Virus record (IMG/VR): IMGVR_UViG_3300025102_000037
Coordinates: 1-54,439 of that record
Length of the DNA stretch: 54,439 bases
Direction: 5' to 3' (one strand)
Origin: a virus
Lineage: Duplodnaviria > Caudoviricetes
The position numbers and the translations under genes were made by a program. Positions 35,831 to 42,423 of the stretch are shown here, one piece after another; positions within the stretch are counted from its first letter, which is position 1, and every line of letters starts with the position of its first letter. Under the pieces are notes generated by a model. It was given only the letters and a program-made list of their open reading frames with translations. It was not told the origin of the DNA and did not search any database.

Positions 35831-37615
35831 ATGCAGACTATGCAAAAGTGGATGACTGAACTCATCTCCCGTGTGGAGTGTGAGTGTGGGATCTCTGTTA
35901 CCACGGAGATCAAGAACATGTTGTGGGATGGTCGGACTAAGGCTTACATCGTCAACGCTCTGCGTAAGACGGTTATGGTCCACTGCTCCGGTAAGTACGC
36001 ACAGGATCCGTCCTATGCTGAACGTGCATTGCTGGCTCTCATGGTTACTAATGGACTGACAAGTCCAAAGGAAAGCCGTGAAGGTCGTGTGCTCTTCAAT
36101 CCCCCTGAGCTGGCTGAACGTCGTGCTCTTGTGTCCAAGAACGTACATGTCAATGTGCCTGATGCCTATCGTGACTCGCTTGCGTGGGCTCAGGCTACCC
36201 CTTACCGGGTGAACACTGACATGCTTGGACTGCTCATGGATGCCAACCTCTTGGAAGAGTGGGAGGCTGAAGAAGCAATTCGTGTTGTCTCTGACAACGA
36301 TGGTATCTTCTACCTTGATTGCTTTATGGATTTCCGTGGTCGTACCTACACGAATCACTATGGTAGCCTGTCCCCGCAGGCGAACCAGAACGTCCGTGCC
36401 TTGGTCGACTTTGGTTACGAGACTCCAGTTGGATTGTGCAGTGATAACTACAACATGCTGATGGGTGTGTTGGAGGAGGAGTACAAGGTCAACTGGAAGA
36501 ACTACACCAAGATCCTGAAGAATGCAAAGTCTCTCCTTGCAGACAAAGCACATGGGAAGAAGACTGCCGGTGTTATCCGTGCAGCCCTGTGCCTGAAGGA
36601 GATTGCTACGACTGGCAAGTCTGCGTACATTGTACAGCAGGATGCTACTTGCTCTGGCTTCCAGCACATGGCTGCGCTTCTGCGTGACCGTGATCTGGGT
36701 AGTCTGGTCAACCTCACGGCTGGCACTCGTAGTGACTTGTACATGGCTGCTACCGACTTCCTGTGTGAACAGGGGACGGCAGTTGGCGTGTTCTTGGCTG
36801 ACCATGACCGAAAGGTTGTGCGTTCTGAACTCGCTAAGCCAACTGTCATGTTGACAGGCTATGCCTCTACCGCTGAGGCACTAGCCCTGTCGTACCTTGG
36901 GTACGATGGCAAGGCAGAGTACACGGACAAGACCGGCGAAACTGTCATTGCGACACGTTTCAAGGATGTGAAGCAGGCACTGAAGCAAGGTGCTGATGTC
37001 AACTTCAATCCTGATTCAATCATGACTCAATGGTTGGATGGTCGGACTGGTGAGAAAGCTATGTATGCTGCACTCACCTTTGCTCGTGAGTTCCAAGAGG
37101 CATTGTTCACGCTCTGCCCCTCGGTCAAGGAACTCATTACTTCAATCAAGGGTGCTGCTTTATCGCACTTCAACAAGACTGGGGCAACTCTATCTTGGAC
37201 TACACCATTGGGATTGTTTATCTTTCTTTCCCCTTGGAAAGTCACTGAAGATACGCACACTGTCTCTTTCCAATCTGGAGGGATTCGCAAATCCATGAAC
37301 GTCTTGTCATTGCGACCTGACTCCATGGGTGGTGCAGCAGGAGCTTTACCCAACTTGATTCACTCCTTGGATGCTTGCCTTGTTCACATGGTAAACCTTG
37401 CCCGCATCGGGCTGGGTATGCCATGGGCTGACATCCATGACTCCTTCGGCTCCACTGTTGGAGATGTCAAGCGTACCGTTGAACTGGTGAATGACGCTTT
37501 CGTTGAGGTTCACACCAAGTTTGAGATCAATGATGATGTGCTTCGATTGCACAATCGTTCGATCTTGAGCAAGGGTGATCTCTGTCTCTCAGAGTTGGAA
37601 CAAATTATCTTCTGA
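35831..37615 (+). CDS. Compact T7-family single-subunit RNA polymerase (594 aa, N-terminal domain largely absent)
   Basis: MDFRGRTY (aa 167), QQDATCSGFQH (motif A), SDLY, RSELAKPTVMLTGYA (variant motif B), WTTPLG, PNLIHSLDA, IHDSFG (motif C), C-terminal IIF. RBS GAAAGGA. Confidence 0.92.
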   Translation: MQTMQKWMTELISRVECECGISVTTEIKNMLWDGRTKAYIVNALRKTVMVHCSGKYAQDPSYAERALLALMVTNGLTSPKESREGRVLFNPPELAERRALVSKNVHVNVPDAYRDSLAWAQATPYRVNTDMLGLLMDANLLEEWEAEEAIRVVSDNDGIFYLDCFMDFRGRTYTNHYGSLSPQANQNVRALVDFGYETPVGLCSDNYNMLMGVLEEEYKVNWKNYTKILKNAKSLLADKAHGKKTAGVIRAALCLKEIATTGKSAYIVQQDATCSGFQHMAALLRDRDLGSLVNLTAGTRSDLYMAATDFLCEQGTAVGVFLADHDRKVVRSELAKPTVMLTGYASTAEALALSYLGYDGKAEYTDKTGETVIATRFKDVKQALKQGADVNFNPDSIMTQWLDGRTGEKAMYAALTFAREFQEALFTLCPSVKELITSIKGAALSHFNKTGATLSWTTPLGLFIFLSPWKVTEDTHTVSFQSGGIRKSMNVLSLRPDSMGGAAGALPNLIHSLDACLVHMVNLARIGLGMPWADIHDSFGSTVGDVKRTVELVNDAFVEVHTKFEINDDVLRLHNRSILSKGDLCLSELEQIIF

Positions 37616-37633
37616 TAATCCTCTCTGACCAAC

Positions 37634-37666
37634 GATGTATGGATGTGAAAGCATCCATGCATCTTT
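37634..37666 (+). terminator. Hairpin terminator after the compact RNAP
   Basis: GATGTATGGATGT-GAAA-GCATCCATGCATC followed by TTT and an AT-rich tract. Confidence 0.65.
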
Positions 37667-37884
37667 ATGCCGATTAATAATTTATTATTACTATTTATTA
37701 TTATCAATGTATCTGTAATGGTTATGGATGTGATGGTGATGGTGGTGGTAATGGTGGATGCAGGACGCAGGACTCCCGAGAGGGTCCCCCCCGCAAGCGG
37801 GTCCCCCCCAAGAACCTCGGCAGATCCAGCGTCCTAGGCGACCCCGGTCAGACGGGGCTGACACAACTTCATAGGAGAATAAAC

Positions 37885-38172
37885 ATGAAGGTGAATGTGA
37901 TGGATACTAAATCCAAATACGAGGCTATGGTGGCTGATGGTAAGGCTGCTGTGGTGAAAGGTATTGCTTGTGGCCCTGCTGGGTCTAAGCAAAAGGTAGC
38001 CAAGCAAGTGTGCGAGGCTAATGGAATCTCACTGGAAAAGACAGTGAAGAAAGTAAAGGACTACACCACGATGGATGATGCTGTGCTGGCAAACATTCTG
38101 TCGATGGATCATGTAGGTGAAGACAAGAAGGCCGCTGTGCAAGCAGAGGTTGATCGGAGAGCAAATGCGTAA
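37885..38172 (+). CDS. Hypothetical protein
   Basis: RBS AGGAG; 95 aa, K/A/V-rich. Confidence 0.7.
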   Translation: MKVNVMDTKSKYEAMVADGKAAVVKGIACGPAGSKQKVAKQVCEANGISLEKTVKKVKDYTTMDDAVLANILSMDHVGEDKKAAVQAEVDRRANA

Positions 38173-38389
38173 AGCAACAATCTCAGATGCAAGAGTTGAT
38201 TATCTGTACTATATCAAGGGATACAGTTTACAACAAGTTGCTGAATCACTTGGCTATACACCAGATGGTATTTACAAAAGCATGAAACGACGAGGTAAGA
38301 AACTTCGTCCACGAGGTCGACACAAGATGGTAACAATCAACTTGTCTGGCGACTGGCGTAAACAATTGAACGCATCACTGCGTAAGTGA
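38165..38389 (+). CDS. Helix-turn-helix DNA-binding protein
   Basis: LYYIKGYSLQQVAESLGYTPDGIYKSMKRRGKKLRPRG. ATG 38165 follows GGAG. Confidence 0.75.
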   Translation: MRKATISDARVDYLYYIKGYSLQQVAESLGYTPDGIYKSMKRRGKKLRPRGRHKMVTINLSGDWRKQLNASLRK

Positions 38390-38491
38390 TGTACTGAATC
38401 ACATAGAGGTGATAAACTATCGACGCTATCAAGGTGTAGTGGTCAAATCAAACACACAAACTACTTCACTAGTCTAATTAACTAGTGATTA

Positions 38492-38676
38492 GCCGTGGCG
38501 GAATAACTCTTTAACAGAGGAGTAACGCACAACTACCAAGATGGAGACCCATCTGGCAGAGTCCAATCGGATGAGCCAACCTTAGTCAGGTTCGTGTAGG
38601 TGGTACGAAGTAAGGACACTCGAACTTGATCTGTTCCCGAAAAGTTGTAGGTAAACAAGCAATCCTACCGGCACCA
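38492..38676 (+). ncRNA. Putative tRNA-like structured ncRNA ending in ACCA
   Basis: 5' GCCG pairs with 3' CGGC-A-CCA; TGGCGGAAT..AACGC D-arm-like segment; GTAGG/CCTAC T-arm-like stem; several internal helices; no ORF. Confidence 0.6.
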
Positions 38677-38829
38677 AACTATTTGATAACATTATCACCC
38701 GGACTGAAATGTTCGCGTTAACATGTGTGCTGTTATCAACGCCTTACCCCACAGGTGTAAAGAGGTGGGTAGCAGGGGTGCGATTCTGCTAAACCAACGC
38801 ACACTTTTTCAACAAGGTAATTGTGATAG

Positions 38830-38885
38830 AACACTAGTAACTTGAGTGACCAACACTTGAGTTGCTAGTGTTTTATTTTATTTTT
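38830..38885 (+). terminator. Rho-independent terminator
   Basis: 19-bp stem AACACTAGTAACTTGAGTG / CACTTGAGTTGCTAGTGTT followed by a long T-rich run. Confidence 0.8.
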
Positions 38886-39348
38886 GGGGGGTATTTGTGG
38901 TGGCTATTGTGGCCCCAAGGAGATAACATGTACCCAATCGAAGATGATTTCGATGACATTCAATGTGAAGACTTTTATGGAGATGACTATGAGGCCGTGG
39001 AAACTGACTCTTGATATCGACGCTACCCACAAGTATGATGGTGAAGGTAGTGGAACAAAGGTAGCATACTTTGTAGATACTATGGCTAGTAAAGCTTGGT
39101 GTCAAACTATTACATCATACAATATCAATGTGACTAGAAAATATGGCTATCAACAAAACTATGATGATGCTTTCAAACGCTTTGAACTTGTAATCAATGG
39201 TGAATTTCTAGACAAAGCATTGGAACAATGCCGTACAATTATGCGATCATTGTCTGTTACATCTTACTTGAACTACTGTCAGGTAGAAAGAGAGTATCAT
39301 AATGGAACGGAAGAAGCCGAAGAAGCTGAAGTTTCCCCGCCGTATTGA
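38884..39348 (+). CDS. Hypothetical protein (true start probably downstream of 38884)
   Basis: Long + strand ORF with several internal ATGs; no recognisable motif. Confidence 0.5.
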   Translation: MGGICGGYCGPKEITCTQSKMISMTFNVKTFMEMTMRPWKLTLDIDATHKYDGEGSGTKVAYFVDTMASKAWCQTITSYNINVTRKYGYQQNYDDAFKRFELVINGEFLDKALEQCRTIMRSLSVTSYLNYCQVEREYHNGTEEAEEAEVSPPY

Positions 39349-39440
39349 ATCGGACGGGGAGGTTCGTCGCCCTAGGTCTAAGACATGGGGTGGCGAGGAA
39401 CGTAAATCAAATAGACAACAACAAAAGAGGAGACTCCGTG

Positions 39441-39761
39441 ATGGAGACTACGACATTTAGGTACGATTGTACCGGCGATGCATCTCATATTATTAAACAA
39501 GAGGTGCATTTTATTGCAAATAATTATTTCTTCGTAAGTAAAGTCAATCGACCAGAAGATGGCGAGCCTGAGACTATGATCTTTGAATGTACCGAAGCAG
39601 GCAATGTCTTAAACTGGAGCGAAGAGTATGCAACTTACGACGATATAGCTATTAAAGAGACAGTGGATAGATTCCACGCTATTCTTTTGACCCACGGTCT
39701 TGTTGAAAAATCAGAGGCTGATGCTTGTAACGAAAGGTTTCGACAAAGTGATGGGGAGTAG
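39441..39761 (+). CDS. Hypothetical protein
   Basis: ATG after GAGGAG; contains PETMIFECTEAGNVLNWSE. Confidence 0.65.
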   Translation: METTTFRYDCTGDASHIIKQEVHFIANNYFFVSKVNRPEDGEPETMIFECTEAGNVLNWSEEYATYDDIAIKETVDRFHAILLTHGLVEKSEADACNERFRQSDGE

Positions 39762-39927
39762 ACTACTATTGTTTTTTCTCTTTGGCTGCTCGGGACAACC
39801 CGTGTACGTGCAGCCTGAGTTTAATGAACCTGCCTCCTTACTCGGAGCTGGTGATCAGCTTGGTTATGATACTTATATGGACTATGAACTAAAGGAAGAT
39901 TTAAATGTCCGATTCATTTACGATTGA
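39751..39927 (+). CDS. Small putative lipoprotein
   Basis: MGSRLLLFFLFG-C: short signal with a lipobox-like Cys. Confidence 0.45.
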   Translation: MGSRLLLFFLFGCSGQPVYVQPEFNEPASLLGAGDQLGYDTYMDYELKEDLNVRFIYD

Positions 39928-40141
39928 AGTTGAAGTAACTTCGCAATACTATGAGACTGTACAGTTTACATTCTCACAAGAAACACTTGACGTACTTAAC
40001 TGTAAGAACAAAGATGATCTTCTTCTGAAGATTCAGAACGAAGACATTGATGCTTTTGATTACTCGGAAGAGGAACACTGGGACTCTTATGACAGTGAAG
40101 TAAAACAAATCTATTGGCAAGATGCTAAACATGTTAACTAA
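39905..40141 (+). CDS. Small acidic hypothetical protein
   Basis: RBS AAGGA; D/E-rich, 78 aa. Confidence 0.65.
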   Translation: MSDSFTIEVEVTSQYYETVQFTFSQETLDVLNCKNKDDLLLKIQNEDIDAFDYSEEEHWDSYDSEVKQIYWQDAKHVN

Positions 40142-40152
40142 AGGATATAACA

Positions 40153-40578
40153 ATGCCTAACTGGTGTATGAATGAAGTAAGTATGAGTGGTGGTAAGTCT
40201 GATATGGAAGACTTCCTTGCTGAATTTTGCGAAGAAGATCCTAGTCAAAAGGGTCGCTATCGTTTCTTATATGAAAAGATCTCGCCTATGGGTGAGTATG
40301 AATCAGATGAGACTGGTTTCTCTACCATTGAAGCCCAGCGTGAAGCTTGGGGCTGCAAGTGGGAGATGACTGACTATGCTCTAACTGTAGCCGAAGAAAA
40401 CTGGGGCGACAAAGATTGGATGCACCTTGATGGTAACTATGATACCGCATGGGGTCCACCCTACAAGATCTATGATCGTATTGTAGAGATCATTGAAGAG
40501 CGTGACTGGGACATTGAGTTCAATGAATGGTTCTACAAGGAACCCGGCATGCAAATTGCAGGGTGGTTGCCAGAATGA
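40153..40578 (+). CDS. DUF1281/YubB ferredoxin-like family protein
   Basis: MPNWCMN, WGCKW, YDTAWGPP, YKEPGM signature. Confidence 0.8.
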   Translation: MPNWCMNEVSMSGGKSDMEDFLAEFCEEDPSQKGRYRFLYEKISPMGEYESDETGFSTIEAQREAWGCKWEMTDYALTVAEENWGDKDWMHLDGNYDTAWGPPYKIYDRIVEIIEERDWDIEFNEWFYKEPGMQIAGWLPE

Positions 40579-40787
40579 GAAGCTGGCACTACCTTACATT
40601 GGATGAATCAACAGTCAAGCATGGATCATGCGATGACTTTCGATTCTGTCGAGGAGAAGAAGACGTACCCAAGGTGCGTGCTATTGATATCCCTCGATTA
40701 ATTGAACGTTTACAATACCACTATGAATCATATGAAATCTTAGAACAGGAACACTGGGATAAGATGCAACATAATCATGGAGATTAA
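40575..40787 (+). CDS. Hypothetical protein
   Basis: ATGA overlap with the upstream stop. Confidence 0.5.
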   Translation: MRSWHYLTLDESTVKHGSCDDFRFCRGEEDVPKVRAIDIPRLIERLQYHYESYEILEQEHWDKMQHNHGD

Positions 40788-40789
40788 TA

Positions 40790-40993
40790 ATGAAAGTTGA
40801 GAATAAGAATGCTCACCAATCTGCTAACAAGGTGTATTACTATGCTACCTGCGTGGATGAGGTGGGTAAAATTAAACACCTGCTTCTTACAGAGGCTGAG
40901 CTGGACAAGTGTGAGGATCGGGCAAAGAAAAATCGTGAGGATTTACCGAGCGGGTTCACTGCTATTTATGTTCAGCGTAATACATTCTGGTAA
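40790..40993 (+). CDS. Hypothetical protein
   Basis: RBS GGAG; LLLTEAELDKCEDRAKKNRED. Confidence 0.65.
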   Translation: MKVENKNAHQSANKVYYYATCVDEVGKIKHLLLTEAELDKCEDRAKKNREDLPSGFTAIYVQRNTFW

Positions 40994-41039
40994 AAAATAA
41001 TAAAAATTGTTTGACACATAAGACAAGGACGTATATAAT
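40991..41039 (+). promoter_or_regulatory. Consensus sigma70-type promoter with UP element
   Basis: TTGACA (41011-41016), 17 bp spacer, TATAAT (41034-41039), preceded by an A-rich tract. Confidence 0.85.
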
Positions 41040-41043
41040 GTGC

Positions 41044-41181
41044 ATGTTGCCTGATGATAAAGATGATCTTGAAGATGATGTTCATTGCTATGATTGTGAT
41101 GATATAGATGATAATAATATTATCTTTCAAGAAGAAGTTGACAGACTAGACTATAACCCTTATAATATAGAGGACAAATAA
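41044..41181 (+). CDS. 45-aa hyper-acidic peptide, not in the ORF track
   Basis: MLPDDKDDLEDDVHCYDCDDIDDNNIIFQEEVDRLDYNPYNIEDK, 18/45 D+E. Its stop overlaps the next ATG; there is no room for an RBS after the promoter. Confidence 0.45.
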   Translation: MLPDDKDDLEDDVHCYDCDDIDDNNIIFQEEVDRLDYNPYNIEDK

Positions 41182-41357
41182 TGAACTATATTGATCTTGC
41201 TATTCCAGAAGATGATGACATTCGTGATGAATGTATGTCAGTCATTGAAGACTGGATGATGAGCGAAGAAGACATGGAAAGATTTGCCAAGTATCTTTTC
41301 CCGTATCTTAAACCATACTTGGACAAACTGAAAGATGAGGAAACTAATCGTGCATGA
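41181..41357 (+). CDS. 58-aa acidic hypothetical protein, not in the ORF track
   Basis: RBS GAGGA; MNYIDLAIPEDDDIRDECMSVIEDWMMSEEDMERFAKYLFPYLKPYLDKLKDEETNRA. Confidence 0.6.
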   Translation: MNYIDLAIPEDDDIRDECMSVIEDWMMSEEDMERFAKYLFPYLKPYLDKLKDEETNRA

Positions 41358-42336
41358 GATGTATGAAAATGATTCTGCGATGTATGCCGGAAGCTCTGCT
41401 TGGCATGGGCTTGGGACTGTTGTTGCTGATGCTCCTAGCCCCTATGATGCACTCCGACTTGCTGGGTTGGATTGGCGAGTCATTCCTTCGCACAGCATTT
41501 GCTGTAACTACATGCGTGACGGTGTTGAGCGGTGCAGTGTTACAACTGACAAGGTAGCCAATGTCCGTGAGGACACAGGCGAGGTGCTTGGTTGGGTTGG
41601 TAACAACTACAAGCGTATTCAAAACATTGACGTAGCCGAGCTGGCTTACGCCGTGGCTGGTAATGAGACTAAGGTAGAGACTGCTGGCAGTCTTCGCAAT
41701 GGTGCTCGTACTTACTTCTTGTTGAAGTTTAACGAGTTCTCTACGCAGCATAGTGATGATGTAACCAATGAGTATCTGTTGCTTGCCAACGGACACGATG
41801 GCTTGATGGCATTCAATGCTATCCCAACTGCTATCCGTGTTGTCTGTGCTAACACCTTGGCTATTGCTATGGCTCAAGCAAATGCATACCGCATTGCCCA
41901 CAAGGGTGATATGGATCAGAAGCTTGACGATCTTCGTGTAGCTATTGCTTCTGCTAAACAAGATAGCCGTGTCTTTGAAGACAAGGTTCGATACCTTGCT
42001 AATCAAGGCATGACTCGTCACACACTGAAAGATTACTACAATCTGATGTACAACAAACACTTTAATCAAGTCGATGATGATTCATCTGACCGTGATTGGA
42101 AGAAGAAAATTGAAACCACTTTGAAGTGGGAGAATAGATTTGAGATTGAATCTAACACTGCAGGTAATAACCTGTGGAATGCATTTAACTCTATCACTTA
42201 CTTCGTCGAGCACACCATGCCAACGCGTGGTCGTACCGATGCACAACGTCGAGAGAATCGACTACATACAAACATGTTCGGAACCTCTGGTTCTTTGAAG
42301 ACTAAGATCTTTGAGAACACTTTGGAACTGATCTAA
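41350..42336 (+). CDS. DUF932 / LGT_TIGR03299-type phage-plasmid protein
   Basis: AWHGLG, AGLDWRV, YKRIQN, ETAGSLRNG, YLLLANGHDG, PTAIRVVCANTL, LWNAFNSITYFVEH. Probable GTG start at 41350. Confidence 0.88.
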   Translation: MHEMYENDSAMYAGSSAWHGLGTVVADAPSPYDALRLAGLDWRVIPSHSICCNYMRDGVERCSVTTDKVANVREDTGEVLGWVGNNYKRIQNIDVAELAYAVAGNETKVETAGSLRNGARTYFLLKFNEFSTQHSDDVTNEYLLLANGHDGLMAFNAIPTAIRVVCANTLAIAMAQANAYRIAHKGDMDQKLDDLRVAIASAKQDSRVFEDKVRYLANQGMTRHTLKDYYNLMYNKHFNQVDDDSSDRDWKKKIETTLKWENRFEIESNTAGNNLWNAFNSITYFVEHTMPTRGRTDAQRRENRLHTNMFGTSGSLKTKIFENTLELI

Positions 42337-42370
42337 TGAATCACGCGCACGCCCTCTCAGCGTGAACCCC

Positions 42371-42405
42371 GAATACTACTCAGGAAACTGGGTAGTATTC
42401 TTTTT
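42371..42405 (+). terminator. Rho-independent terminator directly upstream of the canonical RNAP gene
   Basis: GAATACTACTCAG-GAAA-CTGGGTAGTATTC-TTTTT. Confidence 0.85.
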
Positions 42406-42423
42406 CCAACATAAGGAGTATGC

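Noticed and set aside
35762-36805. 347-aa minus-strand ORF antisense to the compact RNAP
   Set aside because: It shadows a clearly motif-bearing + strand gene in a GC-rich, codon-biased region, has no recognisable motif, and all credible genes here are on the + strand.
38492-38676. Canonical tRNA, intron-containing tRNA or tmRNA
   Set aside because: The acceptor stem is only 4 bp, there is no TTCRA loop or anticodon loop, it is too short for a group I intron or tmRNA, and no tag ORF is evident.
41344-42069. 241-aa minus-strand ORF, and the many other short minus-strand ORFs in the track
   Set aside because: They are antisense shadows of well-supported genes with no RBS or domain evidence.
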